The notes beneath the pieces were generated by a model. That model did no database searches. It saw only the letters and a list, made by a program, of their open reading frames with translations, and had not been told where the DNA came from. A program made the translations under genes and the position numbers. Positions 53,577 through 63,264 of a DNA stretch of 64,000 bases are shown in pieces. This DNA is from a virus (Duplodnaviria > Caudoviricetes), in the IMG/VR virus record IMGVR_UViG_3300006802_000002, positions 917 through 64,916 of that record. One strand, given 5' to 3'. Within the stretch, counting starts at the first letter, position 1, and each line of letters begins with the position of its first letter.

Positions 53577-53740
53577 ATGGGCACCGGGCGACGCTATGCC
53601 CTGCCAAAACCCAAAGGGGTACACATGAATATCTTCAATTTCCGTATGCAAAAGGTCGGAGGGATTATGTTCCTTCGGCTTGGCAAGCTTTGCGTATCGT
53701 TCTGTATCTCTTCTAAACCTTTCTCAAGGGAGAGCTAATC

Positions 53741-54028
53741 ATGCGTCATATCGAAACCATCGAATTGCAGGGCCATATCTGCAAAATCATGTACGACCCG
53801 CGTCACGGGGAATATGTGGCACGCCTTAATGGCAACAGTGCTACGGACTATTTCACCGATGACAGAGACGACGCTATCGGTACCGCTAGGCACATGCTCG
53901 CGCGTTATGTGTTTACCATCGATTTTAACCTGGGGCGATGCAAGGTTAGTGATCTGCCAAAGTACACTTGGGAAAGCCTGAATAAGCTACAGGCTATGCC
54001 CGGTCACTTTTCCAAGCTTGGCGCTTAA
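53741..54028 (+). CDS. Early hypothetical protein
   Basis: GGGGAG RBS; DYFTDDRDDAIGTA motif. Confidence 0.65.
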   Translation: MRHIETIELQGHICKIMYDPRHGEYVARLNGNSATDYFTDDRDDAIGTARHMLARYVFTIDFNLGRCKVSDLPKYTWESLNKLQAMPGHFSKLGA

Positions 54029-54059
54029 TATCTCAACAATCCCAAAGGGGTAACAGAAA

Positions 54060-55538
54060 ATGCATACTTACTTTCCGAAGGCTAACAAGTTTCCGGGCCT
54101 TTGCGCTTTCTGCAATACGGCTGTAGATGCTTATGCAGGGACATATATCTATGTGAAGAAAGAGGGAGGTGGATTTAATCGCAAGGGTCGCCCGGAAGGC
54201 AGTTCACATATCTTTTGCTTCGCTCATTTCGAGGAGGCAAAACATGGGGAAATTCGCTTTGATCGCAAGGGTCAACCTATCTCTAAGGATAATCAGGATA
54301 ATTTGAGCGATGAAACCATAGAACAATGGTTTACCAATAATCAGAATTTAATCTCTAAGCATATGAGCATGGTTAGGCAGCTAACGCTTAACGGGTATTC
54401 TAAAGAAACTATTAAAGAACATATTTTAAAGGCTGAAAAAGCCTTAGATGAAATCGACGCCAAACCTATCGAGGAAACTAAAGATGATGATATGGGCAAC
54501 CTTGGGGGAATCCTTAAGCGTGCCCTAGAAAGCCATGAGAACGTCGAGGAAGGCAATCAAGACAATTCCGAGGGTTTCCCCTCGGATGACGCTCAAACTC
54601 TCGCAAAGATGATCCAAAAGCTTGCGGGAAAGGCTAGCGTGGATGAAAGGCAGGTAGCGAATATCGTTCGCAATGAAATTGAGGGGCTTACTCAATTGCT
54701 TGTGGACGTTGAAACCCGCATGGATAGCAAGATTGCAGCTATCCAAACCACTCCCCCGACCAAGCTTGAAATTAAACAGGGCAATGATATCAAGCTTATC
54801 GACACGGGTTTGCAACATGAAATCCTGCCCGATGTTCTCGTGCCTATCTCGCAAGGCTTGCACGTCTTTCTTGTGGGGCCGGCTGGTTCAGGCAAAACCA
54901 CTATTGGGGAGCAAATCGCTAAGGCTGTTGATAAGCCCTTTTATTCAACGGGGGCCGTTGATAGCAAATATGCCTTGATTGGCTTCAAGGATGGACATGG
55001 CAACTATCAAAGCACGGTATTCCGTAAGTGTTTTGAAGAGGGTGGCGTATTCCTCTTTGACGAAATGGACGCTAGCAGCGCCAATGCCTTGCTATCGTTC
55101 AATGCTGCCCTAGCTAACGGTCACTGTGATTTCCCCGACGGTATCGTTACGCGCCACCCTGACTTTGTGGCAATCGCAGCGGCAAACACTTTCGGGCATG
55201 GCGCAGACCGTATCTATGTGGGTCGCAATCAGCTTGATGCCGCTACCTTGGATCGATTTGTAACGGTCGAAATGGGATATGACGCCAAGCTAGAGCGTGC
55301 AATGTGTGGCAATGATCCGCTTGCCGTTCGTTGGGTTGATTATGTGCAGCGTACCCGCAAGGCAGTTACGGACCTGCAAATGAGGTACGTGGTTAGCCCT
55401 AGGGCTTCGCTACAAGGCTCCAAGCTTCTTTCCGCTGGCATGGATAGCGGCAAGGTGGCGAAGGCTACCCTCTATCGCGCTATGAAGTCGGAGGACATTG
55501 CCAAGGTACAGGCACACACTGGAACGTTTAACGTCTAA
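54060..55538 (+). CDS. MoxR/CbbQ/CobS-like AAA+ ATPase with N-terminal Cys/His domain
   Basis: GPAGSGKT, FLFDEMD, AAANTFG, RNQLDAATLDRF and SPRA motifs. Confidence 0.88.
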   Translation: MHTYFPKANKFPGLCAFCNTAVDAYAGTYIYVKKEGGGFNRKGRPEGSSHIFCFAHFEEAKHGEIRFDRKGQPISKDNQDNLSDETIEQWFTNNQNLISKHMSMVRQLTLNGYSKETIKEHILKAEKALDEIDAKPIEETKDDDMGNLGGILKRALESHENVEEGNQDNSEGFPSDDAQTLAKMIQKLAGKASVDERQVANIVRNEIEGLTQLLVDVETRMDSKIAAIQTTPPTKLEIKQGNDIKLIDTGLQHEILPDVLVPISQGLHVFLVGPAGSGKTTIGEQIAKAVDKPFYSTGAVDSKYALIGFKDGHGNYQSTVFRKCFEEGGVFLFDEMDASSANALLSFNAALANGHCDFPDGIVTRHPDFVAIAAANTFGHGADRIYVGRNQLDAATLDRFVTVEMGYDAKLERAMCGNDPLAVRWVDYVQRTRKAVTDLQMRYVVSPRASLQGSKLLSAGMDSGKVAKATLYRAMKSEDIAKVQAHTGTFNV

Positions 55539-55613
55539 GGCTTTGGCTTGAGGAAGCTAGAAAGGCTTCCTCTTTCTTAAGCTTTCGACCACTAACCAAA
55601 GGGAATTAGGAAC

Positions 55614-56438
55614 ATGGTGCACAAGGTAGAATTCGACAGTCTGGAAAGCCTCTTAAGGTATGTAGAGACTGCGCCACATATTCCGGGTCGTTTGCGAGTC
55701 TCTGAAAAAAACGATCACGAAAGTCTTACTTGGACTGGGGGCTTAACGCTACCCGAAGCTATCCGTTCGGCGCGGTATGGCTGGAAAGAGGGTTATGACA
55801 AGCTAGCGCAATCTATGTCAGCAATTCCTACCGCTATTTCCTTCGCCAAAATTCCTAGCATGGGCTTAGACGTAGCCGGATCATTCCCCTTCATTCCGGC
55901 CGCAGTAGCCGGTGACCCTCTGAATATGTGGTCTCTTAACGAGGATAGCTCTAAAACAAAGCCAGTTATTCGTATTTATCAGCGTCTTAGTTATACCGCC
56001 AATGTTAACGCTTCAAACATTATGAATTTTGGCGCGGCCGTTCTTAGCCTTGTCGATGGTCTAGAAGATGCTGGTTATAGGACGGAAATATTCGGGTATC
56101 GGTCTAGCGAAACTCTCTATAAAGAGATTAATTTCCAAACAATCAAGCTTAAAGAAGCCTCTGAACCATTGGATGTTAGCCGATTGTCTTTTCCGTTTGC
56201 TAATCCTGCCATGCTGAGACGCGTTCTGTTTAAACTTTCTGAGGTGCATCCGAACGTTGCCTTTTGCCGCGTGTATGGGAAATCATGTGCGGCGGACCCT
56301 AAACTATTTGAGCCGAATAGCATCGTCATACCTACCGCTCCCGGGGTAATCCCATGCGGCACTCTTAAGGATGCAGTCGAATACGTGAAAGGCTTTGTTA
56401 AAGCTTCCCCTTGGGCGGACGCTATCGAATTTGAGTAG
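55614..56438 (+). CDS. vWA-like partner of the AAA+ ATPase (putative)
   Basis: Directly downstream; G..A.....D.LE..G..TEI and HP-like NPAMLRR pattern of phage AAA partner proteins; canonical MIDAS DxSxS not seen. Confidence 0.55.
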   Translation: MVHKVEFDSLESLLRYVETAPHIPGRLRVSEKNDHESLTWTGGLTLPEAIRSARYGWKEGYDKLAQSMSAIPTAISFAKIPSMGLDVAGSFPFIPAAVAGDPLNMWSLNEDSSKTKPVIRIYQRLSYTANVNASNIMNFGAAVLSLVDGLEDAGYRTEIFGYRSSETLYKEINFQTIKLKEASEPLDVSRLSFPFANPAMLRRVLFKLSEVHPNVAFCRVYGKSCAADPKLFEPNSIVIPTAPGVIPCGTLKDAVEYVKGFVKASPWADAIEFE

Positions 56439-56685
56439 CCGCTAGCCTCATTAGGAAGCCTAGAAAGGGCTTCTTAGGCTTTACCCTATGCACTCTAGCC
56501 AAAAGTATCTAATGCGTTCCTAGCCTCTTTAATGGGGTTTTAGCGCTATATCTAGTTGATATATGCTGACTTGATATAGCTTTGCATGTGGTTTAAGTTT
56601 AGTTAAAGTTTTACGTATTTGTTTATTAAATGCTTATGTTTGATGTGAGTCACATATCAATAAAATTTAATCTAAATAAATTAGT

Positions 56686-56714
56686 TTGTCCTTATTCAAT
56701 GGTCGAGCTACATC
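56686..56714 (+). promoter_or_regulatory. Early promoter (alphaproteobacterial type)
   Basis: TTGTCC-N17-TACATC (GCTACATC), A/T tracts upstream, AGGAG RBS downstream. Confidence 0.55.
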
Positions 56715-56742
56715 TAATCCTCACACTCAGGAGTTTTGAAAC

Positions 56743-58067
56743 ATGGAAAGATACCTCGTATTCGCTGGCGTGGATTACCCTGGCCGAAATTTGGCTAAGG
56801 GAGGCTTTAGAGACTTCCAAATGGCCTTTGCCAGCCTAGACCATGCTAAGACATACGCTAGGGCTTTTGGAGAGCAGCGGTTTAGCTGGTCACACGTTGT
56901 AGACACTCGCACTAACTCAATGGTCGCGGAGTTTCGAGGGAAGTACGAATAAGAAATAAAATTACAAACTTTTTCGCTTGCAATGTTCGATGAGGTAGCT
57001 TAAGTTTCTAGTCAGCCAAGGGACAAACCCTCAATACCGAGGGAGCCCAATAGGCAACTAACTAGGAGTGTATATCATGAATAAGTCTCTTTTCCTCGCT
57101 TGTGTCACTACCGCTAATGATGTCTTCTACCGTGTGCCGACCGCTGATGGTCGCGTGTCCACCCTCAAGGGGAACAAGCGTGACATTCTTAAGCAGGCTA
57201 AGGAATGGGCTCCCGAAGCCCCTGTGATTGCCAGCATGGACGACAAGGGTAATCTGATGATCGGTTAACCCGTTATGCTTAATTTTGGGGGATGATTATT
57301 AAATTAATTGTCCCCCTTAATTAAGCATAACAAAAGGTGAGTACAATGTCTAAAAAAGATTTTATTGTAGTTGCAAATATGCTCATAGGCATCCGATGGG
57401 CATATGTCGGAGCTAGCAGAGCGGGTACTTTTTATTCTGCTAATGCAGACATTTTAAAAAATAAGTATACAAAATTTAACAAAGAAAAATTTGTTGCTTT
57501 TTGTCTTAAGCAAGATGGAGAAGGCGTTTAATAATCTAATAGGACAATTCCGTCCTATTAAATAGCAGGGGAATTAAAATGCTCATTACCTATGAATACA
57601 AGATGAACGGCGTTTGGTACTCTGTGCAGAACGAAAAGGAACTGAACAATGTTCTGGCTAACCATCACATCCCTCTTAGGGTTACTATCATCACTGATTT
57701 TGGTGTTGTGATTATGGAGTGTTAATTATGGACCCATGTGGTTGATGGTTTGAATAACTAATTAAATGTTCGCAACACTAGGGGGATTAATTTCCCCCCT
57801 TTTTCTTTTAATAATGGAGAAATAAATGCAAGGTCAATGGCAGTATTATAGTGACACTTATCATGAATGGGTTACTGTAAAGCATCCCAACGCTAAATGG
57901 TATGCAGGTATTCTTAAAAGAGATTATGGATATCTTATTAGGCAAGTGTATACAGGATGACACAAGATTGCTGGGCGTATTGGTGGGTTAAACGTACTGT
58001 AGCTAACCACTATAAAAAGCATAACTATATTATCATAGAGTTCTATAAGAAACATTTTCAAGTATAA
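56743..58067 (+). CDS. Small early hypothetical proteins (56743-56952, 57068-57268, 57337-57531, 57579-57725, 57826-57960, 57957-58067)
   Basis: Most have a clear RBS; several are separated by hairpins; the three shortest were translated by hand. Confidence 0.6.
56978..57006 (+). promoter_or_regulatory. Early promoter
   Basis: TTGCAA-N17-TAAGTT with upstream A-tracts. Confidence 0.6.
57781..57809 (+). terminator. Rho-independent terminator
   Basis: GGGGGA-ttaatt-TCCCCC followed by CTTTTTCTTTT. Confidence 0.75.
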
Positions 58068-58100
58068 ACAAAAATTTACGAAAAAGACTGAAAATACCGC

Positions 58101-58129
58101 TTGCAACGGCCGATAGTTTCGATTATGTT
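58101..58129 (+). promoter_or_regulatory. Promoter at the head of the ncRNA locus
   Basis: TTGCAA-N17-TATGTT with phased A-tracts (UP-element-like) upstream; no RBS or ORF follows. Confidence 0.65.
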
Positions 58130-58133
58130 TGGT

Positions 58134-59480
58134 TTGTCAGACGGCGGAACCTAGAAAGTAGCGAAGCGACACAAGAGCCTTCCAAGCTTTCTAGGTACTG
58201 CCAGAGACAACGGCCGATGCGACGGGTAACTTAAATCACGCATCAAGAGACGGGCTAGGTACTCTTTAAATTCTCTAGCTAATATCCCGAGTAAGGTGGG
58301 CGAATACCTTAAGGGGCCTTTCCTGTAGCAGTACAGGCATCTAGTCCGGTAATAGGCTAGGTTTAAAATAGGTGGGTTGGCTAGAGATAGCCGTTGCCTG
58401 GATCAGCAAAAACAAATTCGATTTGTTTATTAGGGAATTAATAAGCATTGGGTACGGATTGAGCTACCCGATAAAGAAGTTCCTGTTACAATTATCCAAT
58501 GCTTATTAACCCTTAATGAAGCCTATCACGATATGAATTATCCTTAGCCACATCACATAGCATACTACTAAGATGATAGAAATGTTTTGGTAGGCTTCAT
58601 TAAGGGTTAATTAATAAATTACTTAAAAGGCATGCCTCCTCCGTCCTAATTAAGTATGTAACAATTAATTAACCCTTACATTACCCCTTGAGGACTACAT
58701 TATACATGTGGTTTCACGCCTAAAAGACTGTTGTGCTATTTAAGAATGTCTAGATAGCAAAGGGCGACAGGAATAGGGAGATTATTGTCCCCATATTTGG
58801 GGGATAAACAGCGGTAAAGGCATTGAAGCGAGGGTTTAGTCACTCTCGGGGAGCCTTTCGACAGGGCTTAGCTAACCCTGGAAGTCACTCCTAAAGACTA
58901 TGGGAGTGGAGCCGCATATTAGATTGGGAAGTCCCTGTGGAAACTATGGGATAGCAGATAATGGTAATACGAGCCCTCGAAAGCGGCGTTACCTTCCCTC
59001 TGTTATTGCCGTGCGGCGGGTGGTTTTAATGTTACAGGATTACGTATTTAGAAATAAATACAGACAACATATGGCATTCAATACCCCATATGGAAACGTT
59101 AAAAATATTCTGCGGGGTTAAAAGCCCTTATGTATAGGTGGGAGGATACAATGCCCATAATACATAATAGTAGAGCCTGGGACGGCAACCTTATTTACCC
59201 CTTAATAGGAAACTTAAGAAGCCCTATTAATTCCCCAAGTTTTCGGTTATCTTGCGGGTAGCAAAACCGTCAATATAGCGCGCTTATGTTTATAGATCAG
59301 GGGTGAGCCTGTAGACATAAGACAAACCATGATGAATGGGTTTAATAGGATATGCGTATTCCTCCAATCCGCTCTCTATCCCGCGCTATTATTTTATGGG
59401 CCTTCTTTAATGCTAAGATTACTTGTGTACATCCCAAGTAAGCTAAAGGTAAATCCCTTTACAGGCCCTTTAATTATCGC
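58134..59480 (+). ncRNA. Large structured non-coding RNA locus (one long RNA or a polycistronic sRNA cluster)
   Basis: About 1.35 kb with no convincing ORF; continuous series of stems and multi-way junctions; the mismatches in the long stems are G-U compatible on the + strand. Confidence 0.7.
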
Positions 59481-59807
59481 CAGGGTAGTGATACCCTTCA
59501 AATAACATAGGCTTATGGCAAGCTTAAACAATACATTTATTTGGGCGGTATTCATGATTACTTTAGCATTTCTTCTATGTATTCGTATGCACTACCTAGA
59601 AGATAACTCTTGTTATGTGCATGAACTTTATTCTCCTAAAGAATATTTAATAGAGAATAAACAAGCTATCATGGATTACGCTAGAAATAACTTTATGACT
59701 GTTGCAATGTTTACTGTGAGATTTTAATGCCTAATATTATAGAGATCAGCGCAGCACTTGTTATGTTAGGTATTGCATTCTTTGTTGCTGCCCCAATGTT
59801 ACATTAA

Positions 59808-60134
59808 ATGACCCTACAAATAACTCCCGATAATCTTTGGAATTCTTTTAAAAATAGGTGGCAAATGCGTATGACCGATCTAGAGACTACTCCCGACATT
59901 CAGAAGCGCATGGACGATACCCTAGCTTCTGAGAAGCCTTATAAGGGTCGCATTACGAATTGGGAAAAGGTCCAGCATAGTGGCGCTAAGGGGCTTGGGT
60001 ATATCATTACTGGAGTTTACGTAGACCATCCTAGTTTCCGTGGTGAAACGGGCTATACGTCCTACGTCACTAAGCATGACGAAAAGACTGGTGAAATTGA
60101 AACTAAGAATTCTAGATATACGCTAGTTCTTTAG
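59808..60134 (+). CDS. Hypothetical protein
   Basis: Ends TSYV...IETKNSRYTL, a motif common in small phage proteins. Confidence 0.65.
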   Translation: MTLQITPDNLWNSFKNRWQMRMTDLETTPDIQKRMDDTLASEKPYKGRITNWEKVQHSGAKGLGYIITGVYVDHPSFRGETGYTSYVTKHDEKTGEIETKNSRYTLVL

Positions 60135-60147
60135 ATTTGTTTTTAGT

Positions 60148-60232
60148 GCCCGCATGGCGGAATTGGGAGACGCGCCTCGCTTAAGACGAGGTATCGTAAG
60201 GTGTGGGGGTTCAAGTCCCTCTGCGGGCACCA
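60148..60232 (+). tRNA. tRNA-Leu(TAA)
   Basis: GCCCGCA/TGCGGGC acceptor, CCTCG-CTTAAGA-CGAGG anticodon arm, long variable arm, CCA. Confidence 0.93.
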
Positions 60233-60248
60233 ATTTAAAGGCTTGCAC

Positions 60249-60707
60249 ATGAATATATTTTATCTTGATGACGATATTAATAAATCTGTGCAATATCTTG
60301 TGGATAAGCACGTTGTTAAAATGCCGTTAGAGACAGCACAATTGTTGTCTTCTGCTATTTATCTTAATGGTGGGCAAGGCCCATATAAACCAACACATTT
60401 AAAGCATCCGTGTACTTTGTGGGTTGCTTCTGATGAATGCAATTACATTTGGTTGTCTAACTACGGTCTAGCTTTATGTAAAGAATATACTTTCAGATAT
60501 CACAAGCAACATGCTTGTGAGAGAGTTATTCTTGACATGCCTGCTGTTCCTGTGTTTAAAACTATAAATAAGTTTACCCTTCCCCCACAATGTATGCCTG
60601 ATGAATATAAACAAAGCAACACTGTAGAGGCTTACAGGGCCTATTACAGAGGCGCTAAGAAGCATATACATAAGTGGACAGGTAGACCTGTTCCTGATTG
60701 GATTTAA
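60249..60707 (+). CDS. Pyrimidine-dimer DNA glycosylase / endonuclease V-like protein
   Basis: MNIFYLD...DKHVVKMPLETAQLLS, HPCTLW, EYTFRY, PQCMPDEYK and AYRAYY. Confidence 0.75.
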   Translation: MNIFYLDDDINKSVQYLVDKHVVKMPLETAQLLSSAIYLNGGQGPYKPTHLKHPCTLWVASDECNYIWLSNYGLALCKEYTFRYHKQHACERVILDMPAVPVFKTINKFTLPPQCMPDEYKQSNTVEAYRAYYRGAKKHIHKWTGRPVPDWI

Positions 60708-61006
60708 CATATTGCGCGTATTATTCAGTTACGTATAGCAATTTCGCTATAGGATAATAACAAATAAACAATAGTGTGACATTCATGCACTCACGCCGCG
60801 CTGTAATTTAGGAGATATTAAAATGGTCACTCCATTTACAAGAGGCTGGCAAGATTTTTGGAAGTTTTATCATTTTGAAAAAGATAATCTTGCTAGCCCT
60901 TATAACGCGAATAGTGAAAAGGACTTAGATTGGGTATCGGGTATGCTGGACGCTCAACGTACTTGTATACGTTTATACTTTAAGCCCATTAACTTGTATT
61001 AAATAA

Positions 61007-61084
61007 GGCCCCTTAGCTCAGTTGGATTAGAGCAGTGAATTTCTACTTCACGGGTCACAGGTTCAAGTCCTGTAGGGGTCACCA
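61007..61084 (+). tRNA. tRNA-Arg(TCT)
   Basis: GGCCCCT/AGGGGTC acceptor, GTGAA-TTTCTAC-TTCAC anticodon arm, GGTTCAAGTCC, CCA. Confidence 0.92.
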
Positions 61085-61102
61085 CTTCTTTAACTTTAAA
61101 CA

Positions 61103-63162
61103 ATGGTCGAAACAATGAATACTATGGTAGGGCGTGTTATTCAGACTAATATTGTGTCTAATCCTGATTTTAGTAATGCTATTCAGCTTAAGTCAGGTAT
61201 TCCACAAGTGTTACTTGGTGGTAATAAGTCAGGCTTTCTAAAGGTCAAGAAGTACGGCAATGGAGCGCAGGGCGATAAGAATGCCCGTTGGCGCCGCAAG
61301 CCTATGCTTAAGATGCTGTATGCAGCTTGGAAGTCTAAGGGCGGGGGTAAGAAGGATGGTTGAAGATATTATTGATCTTATCACTGTGATTACAGGGTGT
61401 ATTGTATTTCTGTATACGACTTATCAAATTTGGAGAGATTAATGTTTAACACTCGCCTTAAGGAAATTCTTGATCGTAATGGCTATCCACATGCTAGGGA
61501 TGGTCTAGATAAACTTACTACGTACCATGAGAATATCGCCATTACCGCATGGAACAATTGGGGACGTAATAGTAAGATTACTTCTCTTATTCAGGTAGAT
61601 TTGGAACGATAAATATGCATTACGATGTTATTGGTACAGCTTTAGCATTTGCTCTGTACCCTACTTTCTTCTATTTATATATTAAATTCCATGACTTAAA
61701 GTGAAAGGAAACTAATCATGGGCTTTTTTCATATGGCTTTTGAGTACACGATTGCATTGTCAGCCCTGCTCACTCACGGAATTGTGACCAAGCTTCCAAT
61801 TAAAAAGCTTGAGCATGGGCTTGCGGTCCTGGCATTATTGGGCGCTGTCATTACCTCTAGCATGATGTCAGCCGAGCATATCACTAACTCAGGAATGATT
61901 GTGTAATGAAAATCTGTCCTAGGCGTCCTTTAAAGGTTCCCAAGGATTTCGGTACTAGATTAGCTCCTATTGATCCAACGTTTACCTTACCTGCGTATGG
62001 TATAAATAGAAATGCAAAAGAGATTACAGAATTTTTTTACAGAACAAAGTACAGATTTTGGGATAAACCAGAAGCTAAGTACGCTAGAGGCAGAGACCCG
62101 TGCTATTACAAGAATGATCCTACTTACAACCTATAGAAAGATTTAAAATGCGTAAGTCACATACTCTTGAAAACGGGCATAAGATCAATATTGCCGACGC
62201 TAAGTTTTTTATTCTAAAGAACACTGATACTGGTGCTAGCGTTCTACTGCTTGCAAATGATAGGGAGCAGCTTGACAAATATCTTGCATCCGTAAATCGT
62301 CGTGCGGAAGCTACTAATAAGCCGTTTATTACTGTCGGCGTTGAGTTTGATGAGTGTACTACTGATGATCTTGCGGAAATGCTTTCCATGGGGAATTTAA
62401 TTGCTTCTGGTAAGTATCAAGACATTCGTATGTTTACTGACGAAATTCTTAACTCTATTTAACATAAAAGATTTTTAAAATGGCTAAGGCTTATATCGTT
62501 TATAATGCTAAGAATAATACGCCGTTTATGTGTCTTATGGTTAATGATCGTAGTCAGGCCGACACTTTCCTTGATGTACAGGCAGCAACGGCTGCTGATG
62601 CTGGTTTCCCTGAACTTGCCAAGGAAAATGCTAAGTATTATGCAGATAATAATCTCATTAAGGAAATTGATGAGACTACGGAAGATACGAATTTGCAGCT
62701 TGCTTTCCTCCATCTTGTTTCTAAGAATAGTTTTATGGACTTGCGCGGCAAGTCCTTTGATGTCGTTTAACAGGAGTATTTAAAATGAACGCCGTTAATG
62801 CTAATAAGTCTGACGCTATGCGTAAGCTTGGTTGGTCTATGTTCCTTGTGCATGATCCCCTGCTTAATGAGAACGATGTTCTTCCTCAGAATACCAAGGA
62901 CTATCTTGTGATTAAGAGTGATAGCATTGACAAGATTAAGTTTATTAATACTAATCTTGTTACTTACGCTGAACTTAATAAGAACGGATTTCATGACAAG
63001 CTCCAGAATACTGTTAGGGAACTTGATCCTTCCAATCCGAAGGATGTTTTGTTTAGTGTTATGTCTTCGATTAATAGGCGTGTGCTTGATCTTACCAAGT
63101 GGTCGGACGAGGATATCGTCGCCAAGTCTAAGACTGTCTGTGGAGTGACCTCTACGCCTTAA
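61103..63162 (+). CDS. Cluster of small hypothetical proteins (61103-61363, 61718-61906, 61906-62136, 62148-62462, 62480-62770, 62785-63162 and others)
   Basis: ORF track; RBS motifs; same-strand packing. Confidence 0.55.
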
Positions 63163-63264
63163 TAGGAATATCCTAGAATATCGCTAAAGGGTCCGGGTTA
63201 GTCAGAGTACCTGGACCTACCTAGCGTCTCTGTACGGGCTCCTAATGCGATTTGGCGCTACATT

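Noticed and set aside
59001-59020. Type I-F repeat-like hairpin (TTGCC-GTGC-GGCGG)
   Set aside because: Too short, and it lacks the CTTAGAAA handle.
58900-59121. 73-aa ORF inside the ncRNA locus
   Set aside because: No RBS, unconvincing composition, and it runs across strong stems.
58134-59480. CRISPR array, tmRNA, RNase P or hammerhead/twister/pistol ribozyme in the ncRNA locus
   Set aside because: No regularly spaced direct repeats, no tmRNA or RNase P terminal signatures, and no CUGAUGA/GAAA or other catalytic core in the right context by eye. A covariance search is still needed.
61007-61084. Amber suppressor tRNA (CTA in the loop) or stop-codon recoding
   Set aside because: The 7-nt loop TTTCTAC centres on TCT (Arg), and genes are intact in the standard code.
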